Positions 34,227 to 43,209 of a stretch of 64,000 bases of DNA are shown piece by piece (the stretch's first letter is position 1; each line of letters starts with the position of its first letter). This stretch comes from a virus. Its lineage: Duplodnaviria > Heunggongvirae > Uroviricota > Caudoviricetes. The translations under genes were made by a program, and so were the position numbers. The stretch is from positions 1 through 64,000 of the IMG/VR virus record IMGVR_UViG_3300044846_001093; one strand, given 5' to 3'. The notes beneath the pieces were generated by a model, which was not told the DNA's origin, searched no databases, and worked only from the letters and a program-made list of their open reading frames with translations.

Positions 34227-34874
34227 TTAAATTTTCACAATAGTTAATATTGCACTTGGTAATGCAGGTCTTGCATATGGAGTAGTTTGCGCTGCTGTAT
34301 ATTCTAATTTCATAAGGTCGATTCTACTAACAGCAAATTTCAATTCCAGATAATCGTCCGCAGCGATACCGTCCACTAACCATTGCTTACTGATGTATTC
34401 ATACACTGGAGTTTCTACACTACCTTGTCTAACTTCTATTTTGACCGCAGATTCTGCTACGTTATTATTGTTTTTTGCCAACCACAAAAACACATCACGT
34501 GGTGCGTTGCCAGTAGTTTTAACCAGCATTTCCACTGTTATCAAATAATTGCCTGCAGAACTGAAAGTCACTTGAGTGGGCTGACCTGATGTTACAGTGA
34601 CACCCTGCGTATTGACATGGGCTGTTGTATTATTAAACCAGTCAAATGAAAATGCTGCGTTGGCTTCCGTTGCTACTACATCTGCTACTTTGTGAAAGCA
34701 ACCAAATACTGGATTACTTTCACCAAGTGATAGTCCACCAGCAGTAGAACCATCTGACATTCTTAATGAAGTAGTTGTTGGATCATAAAAAATCTCACCT
34801 TCATTACCAATATAATCAGATGCTTGGCGACCGCCCATCTTGTCGGCAGTTAATTTGAATGTTTTGTTAGCCAT
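34227..34874 (-). CDS. Beta-rich globular protein, possible virion/fibre-associated, 215 aa
   Basis: Non-repetitive, low-charge sequence unlike neighbours. TAAATG junction with the downstream gene. Confidence 0.45.
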   Translation of the reverse strand: MANKTFKLTADKMGGRQASDYIGNEGEIFYDPTTTSLRMSDGSTAGGLSLGESNPVFGCFHKVADVVATEANAAFSFDWFNNTTAHVNTQGVTVTSGQPTQVTFSSAGNYLITVEMLVKTTGNAPRDVFLWLAKNNNNVAESAVKIEVRQGSVETPVYEYISKQWLVDGIAADDYLELKFAVSRIDLMKLEYTAAQTTPYARPALPSAILTIVKI

Positions 34875-35252
34875 TTAGCAATTCCATTTTCTTAGTGCGA
34901 GAGCTTTACGAGACGGCTCTCCGTTAGGTTTCTTCATCGGACCTTCCACTCCACCCATTCTAGCGCAGAATGACTTGCGACGGTTAGCAGCTTTACTGCC
35001 TGGTGTCAATTTTGATGGTGGTGTTGTGACTGGTGCTTTTAGATTGCCGCCATCTTTTCTGTTGTAGTAGTCACGGCCCTTTTGAGTTAGACCACCAGTA
35101 GAACTCTTCAGTCCTTTGGCATCAACTGCGGCTTCCACTACAGTTTCTTCTTTGACACAAGAATCGGGTGAGTATGCTTTCTTACCTGGAACAGGCTTGT
35201 ATTTTGACCAGCAACGACCGGCTTCATTGATAAAATCTGTAAATTTTTTCAT
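34875..35252 (-). CDS. Basic Lys/Pro/Gly-rich protein, 125 aa
   Basis: ATGA overlap with the 820-aa gene. Confidence 0.4.
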   Translation of the reverse strand: MKKFTDFINEAGRCWSKYKPVPGKKAYSPDSCVKEETVVEAAVDAKGLKSSTGGLTQKGRDYYNRKDGGNLKAPVTTPPSKLTPGSKAANRRKSFCARMGGVEGPMKKPNGEPSRKALALRKWNC

Positions 35253-37711
35253 AAGTAGTTCTTTGCTTTAAATGTGCTTAGTGATATGCCCTGTTTAGCA
35301 AGTTCATCCTGTTTCTGTGCACCAATTGATGCTGTGGTTGAATCGCCACCCATTTCAGCAACTGGCTTCTTCTTCAAAGGATTCACTTTGCCACTCTTGT
35401 CATTGATCTCACCCATGTCGCGGCCGATGCTTTCGCCACCAGCCGCCATTGACATGCCAACTTCTACGCCTTTGTCGATGGCTTCTTTGAATGAGCTTTT
35501 GGCTTGCGAGAGGGTGAGCTTGCCTTTATAGCGGCTGGCTTCTTGGATGTTTTTGGAGCTGGCTTTGGCTCCTGTACTACCACTGATGCTTCTACCTTCG
35601 GTAATGGTTGTGGCTCCGGTAATACTACTGGCTCTGGTACTACCACTGGTGCTTCCACCTTCGGTAATGGTTGTGGCTCTGGTTCCACTGGTGGTTTGCT
35701 CTTCACAAAGAAACTTTTCAGAAATTTCAACATTTACATTCTCCTTCAATTTGACTATGTAACCTTTGTCTGTCTTGACCACTTCACCACCTTTGGTGTG
35801 TGCGTCTTTAGCAGCATTGTTTCGTATTGCATATACTTTAGGCTTATTGCCAGATGCAATATATGTAGCTCCGTCTTTTACGACTGTTCTTTCACCACTA
35901 ATACTTTCAGAGACAAACATAGGCTTGCCGAGCGTGAGAAGATTGTATGCACCAGAATCGGACATTACTATCTGATCCACGTGCTCTTCAACTTCTTGCT
36001 CCTCAGCATCTCCATTGCCTGTCATCATCTGTATTGTTTTTTGCAATTCTTCTGGAGTATCAGCTTTGAAAGTGACTGAAACAGCTTCAAAAAGATTCTG
36101 GAAATCTTCATTGATAGACTCTTTGACTGGTTTCTTGCGCGTGGGCTTCTGGCTACTAGCTCCACTCATAGGAACTTCAGCAGTCTTCTTGATCATCTTT
36201 TGCTGTTCAGTGTGTGTTGGATCCTGCACCAAAGTTCCATGAACTGAGTGATGCGTGACTTTACCATTCTTGCCGTATCTGCCATAGCCATAGTATTGAA
36301 GACCAAGGCGTCTAGCTTCATCAGTTGCTTTGTTTTCACCCTCAGCGGAGTGTGGAAGAGACTGTTCTGTGCCTTTCTTAGGAATAGGCAGTGTGTCTTT
36401 CTTCTGTAGTTCACCAGCAACCCATGCTTTAGCTTGTTCGTTCTTAGGTGGTGCTTGCACAAACTTTTGAACAGTCTTGAAGACTTTATCCATTTCCTCT
36501 TTTTTGGCTTTGACAACTTCTGGTGGTGCATTGCGCAAGTCTTCGGAGTTATCAAATTCAACATAACTGTTGCCAAACAGTTTAGCCATATCTGGGCGTG
36601 AATTGTGTACTGCGTCCCACTTTTCTTTACGAATGTTCTCGGGAACTGTACGACCACCTCTTTGCCCACGTTCAACGTTTCTCTGTGCAGAAACTTCATC
36701 TTGTGTGACAACTGCGACCATAGAAGTTTCGTAGCCAATCTCTTCTAGGTTCTTCTTTATCTTAGCATACTTTGCAGGATCATCGCCTGTGCCATTGATA
36801 ATGATACCGTTACGACCTAACAGCGCCAGCTTTTGCTTTAACTCTGTCATGTCTTTTGCTTTACCGCGAACAAGGGTTCGTGCGTCAGCTTCAGTCTCTG
36901 GCATTTTCTTGTCCAGATTGTTCTTATCCATCAGGAACTCAAGTGCTTTGTCTGAGTTGATTTCAATCAATCCATGACCAGCGAGTGTGTTATCCAGCAC
37001 ATAGTCTTTGCCTGAGCCTGGACCACCAGATAGAAACACAGCCTTGAAAATGCCTTTATCGTGGACACCTTCAGATAGAATCATCTGAATTTGTGATCGG
37101 AAGTCTTCTTTGACTTGCATTCCCTTACGCACATCGCTATACAATTCTTTAGCGTGTTCTGGTGCTACGTGACTTGGAATGCCTTTTTTAAATTCTTTGA
37201 AGTTGCCTTTTGATGCATGACTGCGCATCTTGGATGCAGACATACCAGATACGCCCTCAGCATCAGGATCGCGTTCACCAGCGGAGTGTACGTGAATACC
37301 ACGGAACTTGAAGTATCCATGCGTACCTTTTACGCCATTGTATTTGTGTAATATCTTTTCGTACTCACCAGTTCTATCGGAGCCTGCAACCATGTGCAAG
37401 TGTGTAGCGCCAGCTTTGTGGAGTTTTGATGCTTGAGCCAGAAAGTTTGGATGTTCTTTACTGGAGGTTGTGATATTCGTGTCAGGAAAATATCGTTGTG
37501 CGTGTTTGACTTTTTGCTCACCTGAGAGTGGATTCTTCTCAGCGTCCTGTGAATGCGATAGAACAACGTGGTGTGTTCCCTTCACAGATTTAGCAACATC
37601 TTTGACTTTATCAACCAGTTTTGCATGACCGGTTGTTGGTGGATTCATGCGGCCGAAAGCAAGGACCGCATGTTTTTCTGTTGTTTCTTCTAGATATTCT
37701 ATAAACTTCAT
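35249..37711 (-). CDS. Multidomain protein: N-terminal NadM-like NMN adenylyltransferase (HxGH NTase) + P-loop kinase + long Lys/Ser/Thr-rich disordered tail, 820 aa
   Basis: FGRMNPPTTGH matches NadM/NadR GRFxPxHxGH. SGMSASKMR matches ISGTxIR. Walker A LSGGPGSGKDY, and IINGTGDD. C-terminal TTITEGxSxSGST repeats. Confidence 0.55.
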   Translation of the reverse strand: MKFIEYLEETTEKHAVLAFGRMNPPTTGHAKLVDKVKDVAKSVKGTHHVVLSHSQDAEKNPLSGEQKVKHAQRYFPDTNITTSSKEHPNFLAQASKLHKAGATHLHMVAGSDRTGEYEKILHKYNGVKGTHGYFKFRGIHVHSAGERDPDAEGVSGMSASKMRSHASKGNFKEFKKGIPSHVAPEHAKELYSDVRKGMQVKEDFRSQIQMILSEGVHDKGIFKAVFLSGGPGSGKDYVLDNTLAGHGLIEINSDKALEFLMDKNNLDKKMPETEADARTLVRGKAKDMTELKQKLALLGRNGIIINGTGDDPAKYAKIKKNLEEIGYETSMVAVVTQDEVSAQRNVERGQRGGRTVPENIRKEKWDAVHNSRPDMAKLFGNSYVEFDNSEDLRNAPPEVVKAKKEEMDKVFKTVQKFVQAPPKNEQAKAWVAGELQKKDTLPIPKKGTEQSLPHSAEGENKATDEARRLGLQYYGYGRYGKNGKVTHHSVHGTLVQDPTHTEQQKMIKKTAEVPMSGASSQKPTRKKPVKESINEDFQNLFEAVSVTFKADTPEELQKTIQMMTGNGDAEEQEVEEHVDQIVMSDSGAYNLLTLGKPMFVSESISGERTVVKDGATYIASGNKPKVYAIRNNAAKDAHTKGGEVVKTDKGYIVKLKENVNVEISEKFLCEEQTTSGTRATTITEGGSTSGSTRASSITGATTITEGRSISGSTGAKASSKNIQEASRYKGKLTLSQAKSSFKEAIDKGVEVGMSMAAGGESIGRDMGEINDKSGKVNPLKKKPVAEMGGDSTTASIGAQKQDELAKQGISLSTFKAKNYL
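35567..35704 (-). repeat. Imperfect in-frame tandem repeat (~45-nt unit, about 2.5 copies) inside the 820-aa gene
   Basis: ggctc[ct]ggtactaccactg[ag]tgcttc[tc]accttcggtaatggttgt repeated. Encodes TTITEG.S.SGST units. Confidence 0.6.
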
Positions 37712-37765
37712 TTACTCCGCCTCTACAGCAAGTTTCATTATAGTCTATTTAGCAAAAAACAAATG

Positions 37766-38458
37766 TCAATCGTGAATCAGTTCTCCGGTTCTGGCGATTC
37801 TTCCAGTACAATACACACGATCAACCTCAACCAACTTGTCCTTAGGAATGTTCAAGAAATGGGCATGTTCGGTGTCCATTGAGCTAAGGCAGTCAAATAC
37901 ACCATTGAGAACGCCGAAATATTCATCAGCAAGACTACCACATAGAGAATAGAGCCTAGTATCAATACAGTGAGTTGCACCCATAACAACAGGATTCATC
38001 CATGTGGCATTCCTTCGTTTGAACACATATTTGCCCTGCTTGTCAGCATAATATGATATGTCAAAACCATCATCAAGAACATACCTACCAGATATCTTGA
38101 AAATTCTGTCGTATTTCAATTCATTTTTGAAAAGAAAATTCATCATTTCCATCATAATAACAGTCTCACTCTTACTCTGATATCTATTCTCAGAGAACAA
38201 TTTGACTGCCCTGTGGTCGTTGAAACTCACAATCTTACAGTATCTCTGCAACTCATCTGCTATTCCACCAAGCGATGCCATGGATATATCAGCGAGAAAA
38301 ATATCAGCGGTTGGATCTTTCTCACGAATTGACTTGAGTGTCTTTATGGTGTCTTCAAATCTTTCCATAGAATTGAAGACACCACTGTTCGTTAGCAATG
38401 CTGAGGTTACAATGAATACGTTCATGTGTGATTGAAATCTTTGAATATGACAAACCAA
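37766..38458 (-). CDS. Hypothetical protein, 230 aa (glycan-cluster member)
   Basis: ORF. Confidence 0.45.
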   Translation of the reverse strand: MVCHIQRFQSHMNVFIVTSALLTNSGVFNSMERFEDTIKTLKSIREKDPTADIFLADISMASLGGIADELQRYCKIVSFNDHRAVKLFSENRYQSKSETVIMMEMMNFLFKNELKYDRIFKISGRYVLDDGFDISYYADKQGKYVFKRRNATWMNPVVMGATHCIDTRLYSLCGSLADEYFGVLNGVFDCLSSMDTEHAHFLNIPKDKLVEVDRVYCTGRIARTGELIHD

Positions 38459-39237
38459 TAGCCTGGATTGACATAGTTGATTTTGAAGTCGTGTGGCGAC
38501 ATTCTATATGACATTAGCAACATGGACTGATCATCATCAATCAAATCAACGTTGACGTAACTCATCAATGCGTTTGTCATTAGTTTAGCCATTTTCTTCC
38601 ACTTGTCAATCGGTGCAACAATATGACAGCCCTGAACATACACGTTGTTTGTTTTGACAATATTGAATATGGGTTCAGCTTCGTCTGGATTAGAGAAACA
38701 GAATAGATTGATTAGATTCTGTGTGTTGAATTTCCATTCCATACCAGGTGGACAGAATGTATCTTCACGCACATAACCAAAGTCTAGCCAAGCAGCAGTG
38801 CCTGTCGGCACATAACCCATCTCAATCGCAGTATTTACAAACAGAGACTTGGCGTAATTTATGAACACATAATGTGGCGACCAATACTCAGGCATTGTTG
38901 GCTGATTTAGGTGTGCAATAAACTCAGGTCGTCTTTGAATGTGTGCTATGCGCCCAAGCAATTGTTTGTTGTCTTCAAAAATATTATCGGAAGGCACACA
39001 AATGATATCGTCACGATAACTTTTGATAGTATCAATGAACTTGCTTTCAGTGAATACTACGATAGGATTCTTTAGCTCTGTTAGTCGCTTAAATCTATCC
39101 AAATATGTTTGTGTGTCACGCTTGAGGTAGTGTGGCAGTGGCTGACCATTCAGGGAGCCTTCCCAGTTTGATCGGCCAATATCAAAGAACGCGGTGACAA
39201 TGGTGACAGTTTCACTCATTTCTTGATCCAGTACCAA
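38422..39237 (-). CDS. HtrL/YibB-like putative LPS-biosynthesis glycosyltransferase, 271 aa
   Basis: N-terminal TIVTAFFDIGRSNW motif, characteristic of the HtrL_YibB family as I recall it. Confidence 0.4.
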   Translation of the reverse strand: MVLDQEMSETVTIVTAFFDIGRSNWEGSLNGQPLPHYLKRDTQTYLDRFKRLTELKNPIVVFTESKFIDTIKSYRDDIICVPSDNIFEDNKQLLGRIAHIQRRPEFIAHLNQPTMPEYWSPHYVFINYAKSLFVNTAIEMGYVPTGTAAWLDFGYVREDTFCPPGMEWKFNTQNLINLFCFSNPDEAEPIFNIVKTNNVYVQGCHIVAPIDKWKKMAKLMTNALMSYVNVDLIDDDQSMLLMSYRMSPHDFKINYVNPGYWFVIFKDFNHT

Positions 39238-39770
39238 ACATCATTAGGGCAAGTTTGAACTTCAGCGCCATGCTTTGCTGCAAATTCATTGACTGCACGA
39301 TTCACACCCTCAATGACATTGTAGTCATGGCCGGCGAATACACCACCAGATTTTACCTTACTGAAGTAATTCTCACAGTCAATTGTGACTTGTTCATATG
39401 TGTGTAGACCATCAATGAATATGAAATCTAGAGAATCATCTTCAAAATGATTGACCATGTTATCTGAGAAATCACGATGCATAATGAATCTATCACCGAA
39501 CTCAGCACAGTAGTCTAAAATTTGTTTATGCATGTCAACACGATCAGACAAGAATCTACCATTCCAATCTTGATAGTTCACATAGGGATCAATTCCATGT
39601 AATACCAATTCAGGTAAGTTTCTCAGCAAGTAATGTGTTGTATGACCTTCAGCACAGCCAATCTCCAAGCCGACTTGTGGTCCTTTGCCTTGCAAAAGCA
39701 GTAGAAGTCCTTTACCAGAACAAATCCACTCATCCGCAGGATTAGTATTCAATACAAGATATTCGCTCAT
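39216..39770 (-). CDS. Class I SAM-dependent (O-)methyltransferase, TylF/MycF-like, 184 aa
   Basis: LEIGCAEGHTT (motif I). IFIDGLHTYEQV. Confidence 0.55.
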   Translation of the reverse strand: MSEYLVLNTNPADEWICSGKGLLLLLQGKGPQVGLEIGCAEGHTTHYLLRNLPELVLHGIDPYVNYQDWNGRFLSDRVDMHKQILDYCAEFGDRFIMHRDFSDNMVNHFEDDSLDFIFIDGLHTYEQVTIDCENYFSKVKSGGVFAGHDYNVIEGVNRAVNEFAAKHGAEVQTCPNDVWYWIKK

Positions 39771-39779
39771 AATTTTCTC

Positions 39780-40667
39780 TCATGTAGTAATAGTAAAATA
39801 CTTAGGTGATGACCCAGTATCAGTTTCAGTTGTAATCTTCACATCATACTTATCATAGAAGTATTTGACCCATTCAGGAACGCGATCATACTGATGCACA
39901 ATAACAAAAGGTTTACCATCAGCATTCTTCACTATACCATCTTCCATGTATGGTCGTTCTTCTAGCAAGTGTGGTCCAAATTCTTCCATATGATTAGGCA
40001 TATTTGTCACATGTGCATTGACTGCCCAACCATCCATCAGTGGAAGATATGTTGTTACAGTATTCCATGGTTTGAAACTCAGCAGCATGTTGTATGCGGC
40101 TTGATCCGCAACCCAATCCGCACGATTACCAGACATTTGAAATAGCGCAAAGCACAAGTCTTTGATGTATTCTGTTGTGCCAGCTAGAATGCCAACGTTG
40201 AAGACTTCATGATCTTTGATATCTTCATAGAAGTATTGACCGAAGTTCTTGATGATGTTATCGCGATTCCATTGCTCATGGCGAATCAGAATGGCTTCAG
40301 ACTGTGCAATAATTCCTTTATCTCTGCTACCATACAGTTTTTGCATGTATAAGCTAGGATTGCTTTGAAATATAACATCCCGAACATCTGTGGTAATAAC
40401 ATAACGATATTTGTTATGGTGCTTTTTCAGAAAATCATAGATGTATAGAAATCGCATCATGTGAATCATCATGTTGCCTTGCTTAGGGTGTTCAATCACA
40501 GTTACACCAGCATCTTCAATCTCCAACACAATACTCTTCGGTGCATCAATCGCAATCAATACAACATCACCATCAAAGTCAGTTTCTTTGATTGAATTAA
40601 TCCAAGGTTTGACAACGTTGAAGTCGCTGTAGTTGCTAAAAGCACCAATGATTAAATCTTTCGCCAT
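39780..40667 (-). CDS. Hypothetical protein, possible nucleotide-sugar transferase, 295 aa
   Basis: ORF in glycan cluster. No firm motif. Confidence 0.4.
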   Translation of the reverse strand: MAKDLIIGAFSNYSDFNVVKPWINSIKETDFDGDVVLIAIDAPKSIVLEIEDAGVTVIEHPKQGNMMIHMMRFLYIYDFLKKHHNKYRYVITTDVRDVIFQSNPSLYMQKLYGSRDKGIIAQSEAILIRHEQWNRDNIIKNFGQYFYEDIKDHEVFNVGILAGTTEYIKDLCFALFQMSGNRADWVADQAAYNMLLSFKPWNTVTTYLPLMDGWAVNAHVTNMPNHMEEFGPHLLEERPYMEDGIVKNADGKPFVIVHQYDRVPEWVKYFYDKYDVKITTETDTGSSPKYFTITT

Positions 40668-41380
40668 GGATAATTTCCTTTCAATTCTTGTTGCATCATA
40701 TTATTACCACGAATGAAGAATGAGTCCTGTACAGAGTCTGCACGACTGGCTACTCTGTAGTTTACACTATATTGACCATTCGTGTCAAATGTTTTTGACT
40801 TGGCCATCATAAAGGCCGAGAGAATTCTATCAACTTCTGGCTGATCGTCAGGATGTCTAGCTCTACGATACCAATACGGAGCAAATGAAAGTGCGGCCAG
40901 CTTTGGTATCATGAAGCAGTTCACATCAACGAAATTGTCACCAATGACAGACTTCCATTTACCTAAGGACTCACAATCATCGTTGCAAATGTAATTACCA
41001 CCTTGATCAACAATCTTGCGTAATGAGTATGCCCAATCATTACCTCGTGTGAGTTGATTGACTAGCGATTCAATATGATTTTCATCATACCAATTATCTT
41101 GGTCTAGAAAGCACAGATATTCACCTTCAGCGATAAATGTCATCGCGCCATAGATGCGATGACCATTGTATTGGCTATGACCTGTGTTATATGGTAATGT
41201 AAGTATACTAGCATATCGCGATCCAACAATGGAATCTAGTGCATTTTCATAATGCTCAACTCCATCAACAACGATTAGATGCTGGATGTTTTTGTATGTT
41301 TGATTATCAACAGACCGAACTGCATCAGCTAGTTGTGCAGAACCTGTTGTTGGTGTAATTACTGTGATCAATGGATTCAT
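40652..41380 (-). CDS. Glycosyltransferase family 2 (GT-A fold)
   Basis: LITVITPTTGSAQLADAVRSVDNQTY. DxD-like FLDQDNWY. Confidence 0.75.
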   Translation of the reverse strand: MNPLITVITPTTGSAQLADAVRSVDNQTYKNIQHLIVVDGVEHYENALDSIVGSRYASILTLPYNTGHSQYNGHRIYGAMTFIAEGEYLCFLDQDNWYDENHIESLVNQLTRGNDWAYSLRKIVDQGGNYICNDDCESLGKWKSVIGDNFVDVNCFMIPKLAALSFAPYWYRRARHPDDQPEVDRILSAFMMAKSKTFDTNGQYSVNYRVASRADSVQDSFFIRGNNMMQQELKGNYPWRKI

Positions 41381-41396
41381 AATAAAATTGAGTTAG

Positions 41397-41702
41397 TTAC
41401 TGACCTGGTGTATCTCGTTTATATCGCTTGACTAGCGTGTCTGTACCATCTTGACCAGCGCCAGCTACAGGAAGAATGTCTGGATTAGGAGACTTCTTTT
41501 CTTCATGCACACTTTTATGTAGCTGAACTCCAGTGACTTTCTGGACCATATCCCAAGCATCTTTTGTTCGCTTGTTCTTCACATGATCATCAAATTTCTT
41601 CTTCTGATCTGGTGTAGCTTTTTGCTTGAATTTGATAAGCTCCATGATGCCGATGTTACCAGCATAAGCGGCTTCTTTGACAAGTTCTTTGAACGACTGC
41701 AT
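41397..41702 (-). CDS. Hypothetical Lys-rich protein, 101 aa
   Basis: ORF. Confidence 0.45.
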   Translation of the reverse strand: MQSFKELVKEAAYAGNIGIMELIKFKQKATPDQKKKFDDHVKNKRTKDAWDMVQKVTGVQLHKSVHEEKKSPNPDILPVAGAGQDGTDTLVKRYKRDTPGQ

Positions 41703-41989
41703 TATTCGCCTCGCGTCAATGTTAGTATTTTTTGTATTTGTGATTCTATCATTGGACCACGATTAGGCCATTTGATGACAGGCTGATCAGCAGTCTTCAG
41801 TAATCTAGTCAGAAATGGAATTATCAGCTTTTCCAATTCTTTCATTCGCTTCTTATACTCTTCAACCGTCTCGTCCTTCTGCGCAATGACAGCAGTGAAG
41901 TCTTCTTCCTGTTCTGCGGTGAAACCGAAGTCGTCATCACCATATTCTTCCATGATCTTGGTCAGATCAAACTTTTTCATTTGTCCCAC
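41702..41989 (-). CDS. Hypothetical acidic protein, 95 aa
   Basis: ORF. Confidence 0.45.
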   Translation of the reverse strand: MGQMKKFDLTKIMEEYGDDDFGFTAEQEEDFTAVIAQKDETVEEYKKRMKELEKLIIPFLTRLLKTADQPVIKWPNRGPMIESQIQKILTLTRGE

Positions 41990-43209
41990 GCTTTCTGGGC
42001 GGTGAAGTTGGCATGGCTGAATTCAAGTCTATCAACTAGCTTGACTGCATTGCCTTTCAATCTATCAACAGCAACAAAGCCTTCTGGATTTGTAACTTTG
42101 AATCCATTATCAGTACGCAAGAATGCACCAGTGACTTGACGCATCTGTTGCAATTTCTTGATGATTATGTTTTTTGAATCTACGATCATGTTCATAATAT
42201 CAAAAATCTTTACAAGCTCGGCAAAGTTGTTTCTGTAGAATCGCATGATCTCATTCTTTTCAGCTTGACGCTTTAGCTTAGTGTCTTCTCTCTTAGCTGC
42301 AATAATCTCTTTATTCAACTTGTCTTCAATCCACTTCAACAATCCTTTTGCATGTTCGGTTGTATCCTTGATGTGTTCACCGGAACGCACTTTCGTGTTG
42401 TTGTATGTCTTGATCTGCACATTGAATATTTCAGAGGTAGCAATACGATTTAGTGTCATGCTACTGGTTCTTTGAAATAATGAGCCGGCTTGAGATAGTA
42501 TGGCTGTGATTTCTTTAGTCTCTTTTTCGGTAAATGTTACTGTGCCAGATGCATCAACAAAATATGCATCACGGAACCAAACATCTTTAGTTGCTTTCAT
42601 TCTACCGATATCAATGTTGAATGAAGCCTTCAAATCTGCAATTGTCTTTCCTGTGTATGCTGTGTGAAACACGATACCCATTTGTGCAGCCAACATAGAC
42701 TTAGCCAGTGCAGAGTCTTCAGGAACTGCATACACAAGTGTATTTGGCTGAAATGTCACATACTTTACACCATCAATCGTTGCTTTCTTGATATCGCCTT
42801 TAGCAAACATCATATCGCCTTGCAGAATGCCGTCAATACCAATCTTTGGCAAGTATGCTAGTGCAACTTTCAATTTCTTATTCAGTCCTTCACCAGGATG
42901 ATTTCTATCAATATCATCATCTGTGTAGTTTAGCTTTGCATCCTTGTTGAAGATACCCTTTGTAGCAACAAAGAATTTACCATTCTCAGGATTAGTGCCA
43001 GCAAATACAGCAGGTGCACCATCCCACTTCGTGCTGACGTATACCTTACCATCTGAGTTGCCAGCAAGCATGTCTCTAAGTGATCGCAAAAAGTTAATTG
43101 CATCCCTCGTACCAGCTACACCACGATTTAGAACTTCTTCCTCAATATGCTCTAGGTGAACGTTCTTGCCTTCTTTTGAGGCCTCTGTTAGGAATTCTTT
43201 GAATTTCAT
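41977..43209 (-). CDS. rnlA: RNA ligase 1 family (T4 RnlA/gp63-like)
   Basis: Motif I STKWDGAPAVF...KG (KxDG). Motif IV NPEGFVAVDRLKGNAVKLVDR parallels T4 Rnl1 EGYVAV...KIK. 410 aa. Confidence 0.6.
   Translation of the reverse strand: MKFKEFLTEASKEGKNVHLEHIEEEVLNRGVAGTRDAINFLRSLRDMLAGNSDGKVYVSTKWDGAPAVFAGTNPENGKFFVATKGIFNKDAKLNYTDDDIDRNHPGEGLNKKLKVALAYLPKIGIDGILQGDMMFAKGDIKKATIDGVKYVTFQPNTLVYAVPEDSALAKSMLAAQMGIVFHTAYTGKTIADLKASFNIDIGRMKATKDVWFRDAYFVDASGTVTFTEKETKEITAILSQAGSLFQRTSSMTLNRIATSEIFNVQIKTYNNTKVRSGEHIKDTTEHAKGLLKWIEDKLNKEIIAAKREDTKLKRQAEKNEIMRFYRNNFAELVKIFDIMNMIVDSKNIIIKKLQQMRQVTGAFLRTDNGFKVTNPEGFVAVDRLKGNAVKLVDRLEFSHANFTAQKAWDK

Noticed and set aside
35464-36079. Alternative-frame ORFs (35464..35733 -, 35504..36079 +, 35547..35762 +) rich in Pro/Val or Gly/Thr
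   Set aside because: They lie within the tandem-repeat and low-complexity part of the 820-aa gene. Repeats keep all frames open. The NMNAT-kinase frame is the one with real domains and coupling to neighbours.
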